From the human T2T-CHM13v2.0 reference genome, Homo sapiens: 64,000 nt of DNA. A model generated the notes under the pieces. It did no database searches, was not told the origin of the DNA, and was given only the letters and a program-made list of their open reading frames with translations. The stretch lies in NCBI RefSeq assembly GCF_009914755.1, contig NC_060941.1. One strand, given 5' to 3'. Below, piece by piece: positions 41,141-57,547 of the stretch (within the stretch, counting starts at the first letter, position 1; each line of letters opens with the position of its first letter). Position numbers and translations under genes: made by a program.

Positions 41141-41519
41141 GTGAAACTTGTCTTGTCTGTATTGGGATTACTTTTGAGATCTTGGCTAAGGTAGCAGTTG
41201 GAGATATTCTAGAAAAGAATTAGGGAAACACTTGAAAACAGAGATGAAGAGGCCAAAGAGAATGCTTAGAAGGAGAAACAGCCCTTTATTGCCTTCAACC
41301 TGTTTCTAAAAATAAAATCTCTCAATTCCCTACTAGGAATTATAACACTTAAAGTTGTGTCTTTGGTTATAAGCCAATTCTGGCTAACTTAACCAAAAGA
41401 TAATTTATTCCAAGAATAATGGTGGCCTAAAGAAAAAAATAAAAATGACAAAAAATTAGCCTTAGAAGTGAGCAGGAAAGAAGTCCATTCTGTATTTAAC
41501 TGGGACTCAGTTTCTATTT

Positions 41520-42115
41520 TAATTCAACAAAAACATTGCTAAGCACCTGCTATGTGTCAGGCAGCATACAAAAGTGGGAAATGAGGAAATATAATTGAAT
41601 AAAACAGTAACATGTCTACTATGACTGACCTTGGAATCTAGTAAGGTTGGGGGTGGAGGATGGGTACATGAAACATTCCTAGAAAATAATTATGTAACTA
41701 TGAAATAGGATAAGTGCTATGAGTGAGAAACAACATAATTTTAAATTAGGGTGTGAGAAAAGACTTAGCTGAGGAGGCGATTTTTAAACTCAGATGTAAA
41801 GAATAAGTAGTTGTCTAGGTGAGAAGCATGTGTGAATTGCTGACATGTGAAAGAAGTCAGTGCACTGGAACATCCTAGAGAGACAAAGCAGAGTGAGCCA
41901 GTGGGTGGAGTGCTGAATAAACAAAAGCTTTAGAGGTAATGCTGAAGCAAGGTCATGCAGGTTTAGTAGATCATGCCAAGGTTTGGTATCATATCCTAAG
42001 TGAAATGTGGGGGATTGCAAGCTGAACTATAGAATCAGGCTTGCATTTTAAAGATTGATCTGGATACTAATTAAAGGATAGAGAGTAGGAGGCAAGAATG
42101 GAGATGAAAAGGGCA
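41520..42115 (-). mobile_element. L2a-like fragment
   Basis: ATTCAACAAAAACATTGCTAAGCACCTGCTATGTGTCAGGCA...TTGCATTTTAAAGATTGATCTGG. Confidence 0.75.
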
Positions 42116-42189
42116 GAACAGTGGTTCTCACAGTAATCTGGACACATGAAACTGTCACGTTAACCTTTTCTGTGCCCACTACACTTTTA

Positions 42190-42465
42190 CATTCCTCTTC
42201 TTCTAGTTGCTTCGGGGAATTTCTCCTCCTGCCACATGTCCTAGAGGAGGTTATTAGTCTTGGAGCTGAAAGGGGGTTGCTCAGAGTGCCCCCATCCCTC
42301 TAGTCAAAGTGCTTGGTTCACAAATGGACAATGGCCCAAGTAGAATCAATCAGTATATTCTGTGGGATTCACATACATATGACAGAAAAGAGAAATTCTT
42401 TTTTACTGCAGTGGCAAAGCTAGTGATAGGTACTCATGGTGCTACTGGCAGCCACTTTTCAGAAT
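42190..42465 (+). mobile_element. MLT1K/L-like MaLR LTR fragment
   Basis: CCCATCCCTCTAGTCAAAGTGCTTGGTTCA...GGCCCAAG..AATCAATCAG...GCTACTGGCAGCCAC. Confidence 0.45.
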
Positions 42466-42479
42466 ACAGTGAACTAAGG

Positions 42480-42745
42480 GAGGGCTATCCCTGTTCAAGG
42501 CTGGGCAAGGCACTTAAGATAGGATCAGTATTACTGACTTCTCCATTTTACCTCAGCCTGAATATGGTGCACATGGCACTGGTATTGATCCTTTATTTAA
42601 AATTTTGACCTTTTGTTTATTATGACCGTTTTTCATGCATTTAATTTTTTAATATGACATTAAAGCAGTCTTTATATTGATTTTGTTTGGTGCTTCCGTA
42701 AATCTTGCACACTGGATGAGGGCTTACTCCTCTCACCCTCGTGAA
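42480..42745 (+). mobile_element. MER96B-like (hAT)
   Basis: TTTATTTAAAATTTTGA...TTTGGTGC..TAAATCTTGCAC..GGCTTACTCCTCTCACCCT. Confidence 0.55.
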
Positions 42746-42869
42746 CATTTATCATTTTGGATCTGTCTAGCACTTGAACCCTATTTTTGTGTTCAGGAAA
42801 TACTTTATGCATCTTGATGGAAAGTGGTTTTCATTATTAATCTAAAAATATCTATTATATTTATGATGG

Positions 42870-43290
42870 ATACTGCAGGTTTATTTGCTTCACTTCCATT
42901 TTAGTGGGCTTACATATTGTCCTCCTCTATTTTAGAAGCTAGGAAACTAAAAAAATATATTCCTCATACTTTCTTATAACTACTGGACAGGTATATAACC
43001 TAGATTCTACGAGTCTTATAACTTCACATAAGTCTCGGTTGCAGATGAGGTGAAGGCTAGGTGTGTAGCGATCAGATATTTTTGTAAGCCTGATGGCAGA
43101 GGTAGACATATGTAAACTTTTGTGAGGCAACTGAAATAGAGCATCTGGTTTCCAGCCCTGAGCCAGAGAAGTGCTAAGTAGCAATCTGTAACAGTATCTC
43201 ATAATGCAAAAGTGCATTGGTTTTATTTTATGGCTATATAACATTCACAGTTGGTTGTTTTTGCCTTGCCAAACATTCTGAGAGTTGGGT
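42870..43290 (+). mobile_element. Ancient ERVL-type LTR fragment (family uncertain)
   Basis: GAAGCTAGGAAACTAAAAAAATATATTCC...CCTAGATTC motif of the LTR50-like group; a similar motif recurs near 43520-43580. Confidence 0.35.
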
Positions 43291-43297
43291 ATTATTA

Positions 43298-43456
43298 TTT
43301 TTCCTTCCTTCTCTCTTTCTCTCCTTTTTTCTTTCTTTGTTTCTCTTTCTTTCTCTCTTTCTCTCTCTTTCTTTCTTCTTTCCTTTTCTTTCTTTTCTTT
43401 TTTCCTTCCTTCCTTCCTTCCTTCCTTCTTTTCTTTTTCTTTCTTTTTTTTTTTTT
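43298..43456. repeat. ~160-bp polypyrimidine low-complexity tract (CT/CTTT/CCTT/T)
   Basis: Almost pure C/T on the plus strand (single G). Confidence 0.95.
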
Positions 43457-43714
43457 GCTTAAACAAGCTAAAAGGACTCTGTGGTATGTCACAAAGATTT
43501 CTGTCCCTATGATAGCTTTTTCAGCCTCCCTTGCAGCAAAAGCACCTTCACACAATTTAGATTCAACAATCAGATGCGTCTGCTTTGGGTATTAAATCAG
43601 AAATTAATGACAAAAGAACAAAAGAGGCCCTGAGATATCTTTGTTTTGATGGAAATGGCAATAGAAACAATATCCAATTTGAAACCAGCAGGGACAAATA
43701 CCACAGGCAGCAAC

Positions 43715-43872
43715 TAAATACTTTGATTTCAGCCCAGTCAGACATTGAGCAGAGGGCTTAGCTAACCTGGGTCTAGACTCCTGACATATGGACACTGTGA
43801 GATAATCATTTGGTGCTGTTTTAAGTCCCTAAATTAGTGATAACTTGTTATACAACAACAGAAAACTAAACA
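43715..43872 (+). mobile_element. MLT1 (G/H-like) LTR 3' end
   Basis: TTTGATTTCAGCC...GACTCCTGAC..ACTGTGAGATAA..GCTGTTTTAAG..AACTTGTTATACAACAACAGAAAACTAAACA. Confidence 0.7.
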
Positions 43873-44194
43873 ATGTATTGGTATTTACTTAGGCATGTTT
43901 TCCCTTATTTCTTAACAGTACATCAACTGATGATATTTCTCAGAATTGATAATATCACAGGTTAAAAAACATACTGTTCATAATGATTTAAATATTTCTT
44001 GTTTTGTTCAGAAGTACAGCTTTCAATTGCATGATTAAATAAATCAAATAGATGGGTTTATTATGTTGGAGTGGGATGAAAGGAAGAATCAAAAGTGTTG
44101 AGAGTATTTGGAAGGTTTTATTTATGATAAGGGCCCACATTATATAAGCTGAAGATGAAAATAATGGGAAAAATGGATAACACACTACAAGAAG

Positions 44195-44295
44195 TGGTAC
44201 TGCCAATTCCTATCTAGGAGACTTTAGATAACTTATTTACATTTTAAGTCTTTTCTCATTTGTAAAATGGAGCTAATTGTACTACTTCACAGGGC
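44195..44295 (+). mobile_element. MIR core fragment
   Basis: GACTTTAGATAACTTATTTAC...TTTTCTCATTTGTAAAATGG..TACTACTTCACAGGG. Confidence 0.65.
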
Positions 44296-44309
44296 TCCAG
44301 AGATAACTA

Positions 44310-48499
<4,190 letters not shown>

Positions 48500-48826
48500 T
48501 AGAGTGTTTATACCTTGTATTCCAATGTCCAGCATATGGTAACTATATTCTGCCATCAAACACTATTTAAGAGAATCTCTAAATTCTTTCCTTAGAAGTG
48601 ATTTCAGTGAAAATAAAGTTTCTTAAGTTGCCACTCCATTGACCACTCCATCGTGTCTTGAACCTTTCTAGGCTCATGGTTCAAAGTGAAAATAATTTCT
48701 TAGTTTTATAGGACAGAATAAAGTTTTAACTAAATCCATAAGATAATAAAAAATGTAACTATAGTTATTCATGTCCAAGAAAAATATACTAGTCCTTTTG
48801 TCTCTCTCGCTCATGCACACCCCAGC

Positions 48827-48888
48827 CACACACACACACAATCACACACACACACACTCAATCACACACACACACACATACACACACA
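48827..48888. repeat. Compound (CA)n microsatellite
   Basis: CA runs separated by CAAT/CTCAAT. Confidence 0.93.
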
Positions 48889-49865
48889 ACCTGGCTTATT
48901 CCAGCATGTTTGCCACCATACATAGTTTTTAAAATATATATTTTAAAAATAGATTTTAAAATGCTGAAATACAACACTTGGGCAATTGAACAAACCTTTA
49001 TGAAATTAAGTTACATTCTCTACATGTTCAAGCTGTCTGTACTGGCATTTCAAAACAACAGGCTTGAAATCTTTCTTTCTTGAAGTCCTAGAGGTCATTC
49101 TTCTTCAGTATGTTACTCATCTAGTATTTCAGTCTCATAACAACAAATAAGCATCGTAGGGAAATCTTAGTAAATCTTAGCTCATGGAATGTTTTTGTAT
49201 TGACAAAGTTAACCAACTGGAACAACTACTTAGGGATGTTTCTTTGAATATAACTGGCTGAAAACTCAAAGCCACTACAAGTTAGAGATCCATCTAAAAT
49301 AAATATATTATAGCTAAACTGTAAAAGTTACTATAAACATCATTTTTCTACAGACATTCACATTCCATATACATATATGTACATATTTATACACACACAC
49401 ACACACACACACTCGTTTGTATAGCTCTTTGTAGATTACAAGAGGCCCCACAAATATTATCTTATTTACTTCTATTGGTTTACTACAAAACCAGGGAAGT
49501 TCTGACTACCAACAACAATGTGATTTTTTTAGAATCTCTGAATTCAGCTCATTTACTTTATAATAATCTAACTTGTAAGAACATCGAAATCTTTATATTG
49601 AAGGTGAGCAACATTCAACTACTTCTCACTGAACACTTGTAAAACAGGAAGCAAAACCTTCTATAAGAAGATTGATATTAACAGTATTTAATAATCTCTA
49701 TGGTCTGCATACTCAACAGTTAGAGTAGGCTCTATCAAAAAATAATTTATGCTGCACATCATCCCTGATCTATAATAGTTTTGGATTTTCAATTTTTTAT
49801 GAATTTTCTACTGATACAATTATAATATACTTCTGTAAGACATCAGCTTTTTATAAGTTCTGTAT

Positions 49866-50134
49866 GTACATTTAATCTTACATCAATTTTATTTTTGTCA
49901 ATTATTTTACAGACATGAGAACTGAGAATCAGTAAACAATATACCCAGCATCATACATACAGTTGATAGAGAGGTACAGATTCAAACTTGAGACTTCTGA
50001 TTGTAAGTTTAGGCCTATATCCCTTGTAATATACTTGTCATCTATGATTACAGCTATATATATATATATGTTTTCTTAATGTTTAGCCCAAATGCCAAAA
50101 ACCAAAAACCTAATTTCATTAACTGAAAATCTGC
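49866..50134 (+). repeat. Dispersed direct duplication, copy 1 (~270 bp; MIR-like part plus unique sequence)
   Basis: Aligns end to end with 52007-52280, from GTACATTTAATCTTACA to CCTAATTTCATTAACT..AAAATCTGC. Confidence 0.95.
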
Positions 50135-51487
50135 TAAGTTTCTCTAATTATTTCAGTATTTTAGATGTCTTTATGAAAATATGTTCCAACTTGACAATTA
50201 TGCTGCTTAGATTTTGATTAAACAAGACTTTTCATATGAGAAGCATGCACCAGAATAAGTAAAAACAGAAATATGTATGCTGTTATCTGTTCCAACTTTG
50301 GTCCCAACGTTCATTCTGATTCCAAGGAAATACATTACTCTACATATATAAGGCAAATGTCCTAATGAATCTACCTCCAACTAAATGAAAAGATACTGAA
50401 TCCTCCCATGGGAAAACTAACATGCTTCAAGAATTCTGTGCTTCATTTGACTCTGTAGAAAAAGGGCCCAGAGTGGCGAGAAGAAACCATTCTGATGAGA
50501 AGAAACCATTCTAAGCATCAAACATAGAACCACGGTGGACCTGTACTTCCCTAATTAAAAGACTGACATCTAAAGCATCTGGGTTTTAGAAAATATGTCT
50601 TTTTTATATTCATCCGTGGTACAGTCTACTTATCAGAACTTTCCTCCTCCTCTGGCAAACAAACAAACAAAACGCCTCCTTCATCTCAATAAAACATTTC
50701 TACATGCTGGCCTTAGTCAAATTACAAAATATAAGCCTTTTTTTAATCTTTTAGCTTATCTAAATAAAAAGACCAATGACTGAGTTAATTATTTCTATAT
50801 ATTATTTACTTTAAAACCCATTGGAAAATATCCTGTTCCTCAAAAGGTGATCTCACTTACAGTCTTCTAATACTTTAATGCCCTGTGAAACTATCCCTCA
50901 CAACTGGATCATGCTCAGCCTAGACCTAAGCACAGAATTCATATTATTTTCCAGAGATATTTAATGAACACTGTGTGTCAAATGTTGTGCTAGATACAGG
51001 GACACAATATGTACACATGACTTCCATAACCCGGTGCTTTGGGGTCTAATTATGAATGAAAACCAACACAAAAATGAATTACACCATGCCCCGTGTTATG
51101 AGATACAATGTTGGCACAAAGTAAATCATAATCAACACTGCTTGGGCATGTCTACAAACTGTCAGTCTGAAAAGATTTTGCAGAAGAGGAGCAAAACTGA
51201 GTTGAAGACTTCAAGGAGAAACACACATCCATAATGAAACAAGAAAAAAATAGAATCCTAAGCTGAGGAAATTTTATGTGATGAGGTGTGAAAGGGGAAA
51301 AAGAAAATACTGAGGTGCTTTAAATACTTACATTTTCTCAGAATATCACATAGAGGGGAGAGAACAGTGCGAGATAAAATTTGAAAGGTAAATAGGAGCC
51401 ACATCCTGGAGGACCCTAGATGCCACTAATAGGGGGTTTAGATCATTTCTCAAGTTCATTGAAGGGTATTATTAAAAGGCTATATAA

Positions 51488-51777
51488 GCCTGTAATCCTA
51501 ACACTTTGAGAGGCTGAAGCAGGCTGACTGCTTGAGCTAAAGACTTGGAGACCAGCCTGGGCAACATGGTGAAAACACGTCTCTATCAAAAATACAAAAA
51601 ATAAAAAAAAAATTAGCAAAATTAGCCAGACGTGGTGGTGCGTGTATGTGGTTTCAGTACTCAGGAGTCTGAGGTGGGAGGCTCACTTAAGCCCGGGGGC
51701 AGAGGGTGCAGTGAGCAGAGATTGTGCCACTGCACTCCATCCTGGGTGACAGAGCAAGACACTGTCAAAAAAAAAAA
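51488..51777 (+). mobile_element. AluJb-like, ~18 nt 5'-truncated
   Basis: TGCTTGAGC..CAGCCTGGGCAACATGG; 14-bp TSD AAAAGGCTA(T/C)ATAA at 51474-51487 and 51778-51791. Confidence 0.9.
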
Positions 51778-52006
51778 AAAAGGCTACATAAAATCAGGTC
51801 ACCACTTTATAAATACCACTCAGAAATAGCAGTGGAAAGACAGAAGGGAAAACTAGAGACAAGAAATTGTGGTAGCCTGAATATCCTGTTTCAAATACTT
51901 AGTTCACATGTATGGCACAGCCGTTCTCTTATATGTTCCTGAAATCTTGGTTGTTAAGCCAAACCAAGGATGGGGGTACTCTTCAAGAGCCTAAGTGGCT
52001 GCAGAG

Positions 52007-52280
52007 GTACATTTAATCTTACACCAATTTCATTTCTATCAACGATTTTACAGACGTGAGAACTGATAATCAGCAGATAGACGACATACCCAGCATCACA
52101 CCTACAGTTGATAGAGACGTATAGATTCAAACTTGAGATTTCTGATTATAAGTTTTGGCCTATTTCTCTTGTTATATATTTGCTATGTATGATTATAGCA
52201 ATACATGAAAATATATTTTCTTAATGTTTGGCCCAAATGCCAAAAAACAAAAGCCTAATTTCATTAACTAAAAAATCTGC
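52007..52280 (+). repeat. Dispersed direct duplication, copy 2
   Basis: Aligns with 49866-50134. Confidence 0.95.
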
Positions 52281-53204
52281 AATCCACTTCTGTTTGACTG
52301 GAATTTACCTCTATTTGACCTGAATGACTTTCTTTTTTTAAAAACTGTTATTTAATTAAAAGTAATAAATCTCCTCATGCTGAAGAACACTTTCATAAAG
52401 AGGGGAAAGTAACCTACATTATGTACAGAAGGGTTATATAATGAGGCATCTCAAGAATTTAGGAAGCTAGTTCATAGAGTGTTGCAGTATTCTTGTAAGA
52501 GATAACCAGAATATGAACCAAAGGAGGGATGTAGAGAAGAAAATGGCAAAAGAAATATTTGAGAAAACTGGGTGATTGATCAGATATGGAGGCTATAAAA
52601 AAAGGAGAGATCAGTGATGACTCACGTACTTGGGTGGTGGAGAATACAGTAGAGATTTATTTTTCTTTTGCAAAGGTTAGAAATACAGGTTATATTCCAG
52701 AAACCTTCAAGCTCGCATGATATTTTAAACCAAATCAACAAACATTTTATTTAATATTATAACTCTAAAACAGATATTTAGTGTCACAAAAATATAGTTT
52801 GCATTAGAAATTAGAAAGCTAGCAATTTTAAAACACAATTGAATTATGCAATAAAATGACTATAAGTAACACTTGGTTTAGCTGCATTACAGTCAGAGTA
52901 ATGATTTCAGTCATCGACATTTTATAATACAGAATACTACAAGAATAGTTATAATTAGGCAATTAGTTCTATCACTCACGGCATAGAGTTGGAAGCACAA
53001 AGCCTCAAAATGGGTAATCAATACTTCTACATGTAATTAATCAGTTGAATTTGCACTATAGGTAAACACAGGGCTAAAATAAATGAGGTCAACTATAGCT
53101 AGCTCAATGTGATTAGCCATCACTGTAGAGATGTATAAAAACATTGGCAAAAACGTATCCATTGCTTCCAGGATAAACTAATCTTACTTTTAAGACACTT
53201 ACTT

Positions 53205-53400
53205 GTGTATTCATTCAATCTACAGTTACTGAGCACTGATTAAGAGCCAGACACTATGGTAGTGAGTGCTGGGGATACAATGATAAATACTATAAGCTGG
53301 AGACCTGGCCTCTGTGGTTTAGAGTTTAGAAGAGAAGATAATTGTGCAATAACCACAAAATCCTATAGTTACAAACTGTGATAAAACTTCTGAAAAAAGA
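53205..53400 (-). mobile_element. L2 3' end
   Basis: ATTCATTCAATC..TTACTGAGCAC..GCCAGACACT..GTGCTGGGGATACAATG. Confidence 0.75.
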
Positions 53401-53909
53401 TGTTGTTGGCAGAAAAATGTTTCTTCCTCCTGAAGATGCCTACATCCTAATCCCCAGAAACTACAAACATGTTACCTTATATGGCAAAGGAGATTTATCA
53501 GATGTAATAAGAATCTTGAAGTAGGATTATCCATATGGCTCCAAAATAATCACAAGTGTTCTTATAAGAGGCAGGTAAAGGGGTAAGAGTCAGAGAGGGA
53601 GCTGCGATGATGGAAGCAGATGGTAGGAATGAGAAAGAAATTTGAAGATGTATGCTCTTGGCATTGAGGATGGAGGAAAGGCTCATGAGCTAACAAAGGC
53701 CAGCAATGTAAAAATCAAGAAAAGGCAAGGAAACAGATCTTTCCGAAGAGCCTTAATAAGGAGCACAGCCCTACTAACACCTTAATTTCAGTCCAGTGAG
53801 GCCCTTTTCAGACTTCTGACCTCCAAAACAGTAATCTCATAAATATGAGTTGTATTAAGCAACCAAATTTGTAGTAAAAGTTAATGGTAACATATAGGAA
53901 ATTGGTACA
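53401..53909 (+). mobile_element. MLT1D solo LTR
   Basis: TG...CA termini, CATCCTAATCCCCAGAA, GTTACCTTATATGGCAAAGG, AAAGGCAAGGAAACAGAT, GACTTCTGACCTCC; TSD AAAGA/CAAGA. Confidence 0.88.
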
Positions 53910-54029
53910 CAAGATTTGAGAAACAATGTAGAGAATATGCAAAAAGAGTATCTCTTCTAGAATCCCTCATTTTAAACATGATTTGGAAATTCTAGTATGA
54001 TTGTGCTAATCTCCTTTAAATGTCTTCAT

Positions 54030-54110
54030 TCCACATTGTAAACATATTTGAAGATATCACAGTGTACCCCATAAATATTTACAATTTTTATTTTTTAATT
54101 AAAAATAAAA
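54030..54110 (+). mobile_element. L1MA 3'-terminal stub
   Basis: ATATCACAGTGTACCCCATAAATAT..TAATTAAAAATAAAA. Confidence 0.65.
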
Positions 54111-54420
54111 CCTTAAAAATGTTTCAATCATTTTCTTTTGCCATTAGGATGAAGAACAAAATCCATAACATGATGGACAAGGCCCCACTGACGCATCGTG
54201 TGTCTGTTTCTTCAGTCTCATAGAATGCAGCATTTCCCTTTGATCTCACCATTCCAGCCTGCTGCTCTTCTTTCAGTGCTTTGAAACAAGAGAGATATTC
54301 ACTCCTCCCACCACAAGGCCTTTACGCAAGAGGTTTGCATATTTCTCCTGCAACCCTTGCCCTTTGTCCAGTTTATTCAAACTTATCCTTTAGATCTGTG
54401 TTCAATTGTTACTTTTCCAG
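54111..54420 (+). mobile_element. L2 fragment
   Basis: TTAGGATGAAGAACAAAATCC..CAAGGCC, ATTCCAGCC, TTATCCTTTAGATCT. Confidence 0.6.
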
Positions 54421-55221
54421 TTCCAGGAATGCTAAGTAACTAAATATTGGAGGAAATTTAAGCTTATTTTTATATTGAGGGAGAACACCAATTATATAGA
54501 AAGAGGTAGCCAACACAAGAAAGAATAATCAATACTGTGAGTTTCCTGAAAAGATAAAAAGCCATGATATCCAGGGGAAAAAAGAGAAAAAATAAGAAAG
54601 AAAGGATTCGTTTTAGATTGAAGGAGATGACACTTCTTTATTTTTTTCCTCTCTTCTTTGCTTTTCATTCCCATCTTCATCACCATAAATTTGAAATGCC
54701 TCAAGTGTTAATTCTAGGACTTTTTAATGTTGCCACTTTGCTTTGTTTTCTCTTTAATTTATTTTATTCTTGGTAGCCTGGTGTGAAAGTTACTATAAAG
54801 GGAACTGGGAAGAACTGGTCACCAAACTGCATGCTAAGGGCTTGGCTTTCAGTGACCACAGTGAAAAAAGTAAATGAAGTTTTGGGTCCCTGAGAGAAAG
54901 AGATGTTGAAATTTAAATGAATGCCTTAATTTAGCCCACACAAGCATAAATCTGGCTAAGGCAAGATGACAAAAATTTCCATGAGAAATAAATTGTATTT
55001 GTCATAAGAGAGAAAATCTGCAGGCATGAAACAAACAAAACAAAAATAAAAGGAAATTGAGACAGAACAAAGGATTAGAGTCTCAAGTGCATGAGGAATA
55101 GAATTCACAAAGAAACCATACTTCTGTGTGTATACATTGATTAAATGATTAAGGAAAGAATGAGAACATAAATATAAATGGGCTGAATTGAAGGACAGAA
55201 CAAATACAAATTCTAGAAATT

Positions 55222-55600
55222 ATGTATTCTTTATGAATTGACTTTTTTCTCATTGTAAAATATTACTCTTTATCTCTGATAATATGCCTTGTCATGAAGT
55301 CTACTTTGTATATAGCTTCCATATGCTCAGTATCTATATGAAATATCTTTTCCCATCATTAACTTTCAAATTTCTGTATCTATATTTAAAATGCCTTTCT
55401 TCTATAAACATCATAACTAGGTCTTGCATTTTTGTCAAGACTGACAGTATCTGATTTTTAATTAGGGTGCTTAACCTGTTTACATTTACTGCAAATATTG
55501 ATGTGTTTAAGCCTACTATCTTGCTATTTGTTTTCTACACATTCCATCAATTTTTAGTTACCTTACTCCTCATTTTCTGCCTTCTATTAGGTAATCTGCA
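55222..55600 (-). mobile_element. Old L1M fragment (ORF2 start / inter-ORF)
   Basis: ATGAATTGAC..TCTTTATCTCTGATAAT..AAGTCTACTTTG, ATATCTTTTCCCATC, TTTACATTTA. Confidence 0.65.
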
Positions 55601-55877
55601 TTTAAAAAAATGCTTTGGGGATTAAGATAAATATTTTAAACTTATTCATTCATGACAGGGCTCCCTGAGCTAAATCAATTAGTTCATAATACAAAGAGTT
55701 CTGCATGCATAAATTGGGATGGAAAAGGCAGAGGTGGAAAAACACTGAGGGTCAGTGATGGCATCTCAAATTGTATAGAAAACCAGAAGGGTTTAGAAAA
55801 GCTTTAGATGTTGAACAAGGTTTTTTGATAAATATTTTCATAATCTTTCTAATGAAAATAGATTACATTAACTCTAA

Positions 55878-56240
55878 TGAGATGGTTTGGCTGTGTCCCC
55901 ACCAAAACTTCATCTTGAATTGTGGCTCCCTTAATCCCCACATGTCATGGGAGAAGTGGGAGATAATTGAATCATGGGGGCAGGTTTTTTTTTCCCATAC
56001 TGTTCCTGTAATAGTGAATAAGTCTCATGATATCTGATGGTTTTATAAAGGGCAGTTCCTCTGTACATGCTCTCTTTCCTGCTGCCATGTAAGACATGCC
56101 TTTACTCCTCCTTCACCTCCTGCCATGATTGTAAGGCCTTGCCAGCTATGTGGAACTGTGAGTCTTTTAAACCCAATTTTCTTTATCAATTACTCGTCTT
56201 GGGTATGTCTTTATTAGCAGTGTGAGAACAGACTAATACA
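55878..56240 (+). mobile_element. THE1 (THE1C-like) solo LTR
   Basis: TGAGATGGTTTGGCTGTGTCCCCACC...GAGAACAGACTAATACA; perfect TSD TCTAA at 55873-55877 and 56241-56245. Confidence 0.95.
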
Positions 56241-56639
56241 TCTAATAAAATCCTGCAAGGAAGAAAAATCTGTCCATTGAAACCTTTAAGTATAGGCTCT
56301 TTAACAACTGTACATAACACTCAGGAGTAAATCCTGAAGCAAATGGGAACATGCTTACTTCTCACTTTTTCACTTTGTGTAAACAGCCTTAACCAGAAAT
56401 AGGGGATTTAATAAGCAAGCAAAACCCAAATGAAAAATAGCCCCTTTGTTAGATATTCTTCTCAGTGAGTGAATATGCTGACAGAAACTTAGATCAAAAA
56501 TAGAATAAGATCTAGAATAAACTGAAGCCCTTACAAATAAAAACAACTGAATACTTCATCCCAGTCAAAATATCATAGGAGAGAGTTTCTCCTTAAAGAT
56601 GCCAATGCATAGCATAAACAGAAAATATAATTGGCCAAT

Positions 56640-56900
56640 GATGGTTAATGGGTGCAAAAAATAGTTAAAAGAATAAATAAGACTTACTATTTGATAGCAC
56701 AACAGGGTGATTATAGTCAATAATAACTTAATTGTACATTTTATAATATTGAGTGTAATTGGATTGTGTGTATCTCAAAGGATAAATGCTTGAGGGGATG
56801 GATACCCCATTCTCCTTGATGTGCTTATTTTATATTGCATGCCTGTATCAAAACATCTTATGTAATGCATCTACCATATACCCGTACACACAAAAAAGAA
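56640..56900 (+). mobile_element. L1MA2-like 3'UTR stub
   Basis: ATGGTTAATGGG..TATTTGATAGCACAACAGGGTGA..GGATAAATGCTTGAGGGGATGGATACCCC. Confidence 0.88.
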
Positions 56901-57154
56901 TTGCTAAAAAAATCTGGTAATCAGTAAGGATGATCCAGGGGAAATTCAATACTCAATTTTCAATATTCTGTTTTATTTTTACACTTACAAGAAGAAATTT
57001 ATCTAAATAATAAAGGACAACCTTGTGTGCATATATTTATCATATATATATATACATAATTTTATTCTTCACTTTTAATTTTTGTGGGTTCGGAGTAGGT
57101 ATATATTTATGGGGTACATAAGATACTTTGATATAGGTACACAATGTATGATAA

Positions 57155-57547
<393 letters not shown>

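Larger units (their letters stand above)
50945..52650 (-). mobile_element. Fragmented L2 hosting AluJb and a ~600-bp non-L2 insert
   Basis: GATATTTAATGAACACTGTGTGTCAAATGTTGTGCTAGATAC...; L2-like sequence resumes near 52460 (GTGTTGCAGTATTC..AAGAGATAA, CTGGGTGATTGATCAGATATGG). Confidence 0.6.

Noticed and set aside
43217-43595. Lys/Glu/Arg-rich and Phe/Leu/Ser-rich ORFs
   Set aside because: Translations of the CT-rich low-complexity tract.
50852-50890. Minus-strand 22-nt micro-exon (CAG|...|GTAAGT)
   Set aside because: Poor polypyrimidine tract, not frame-preserving, no supporting context.
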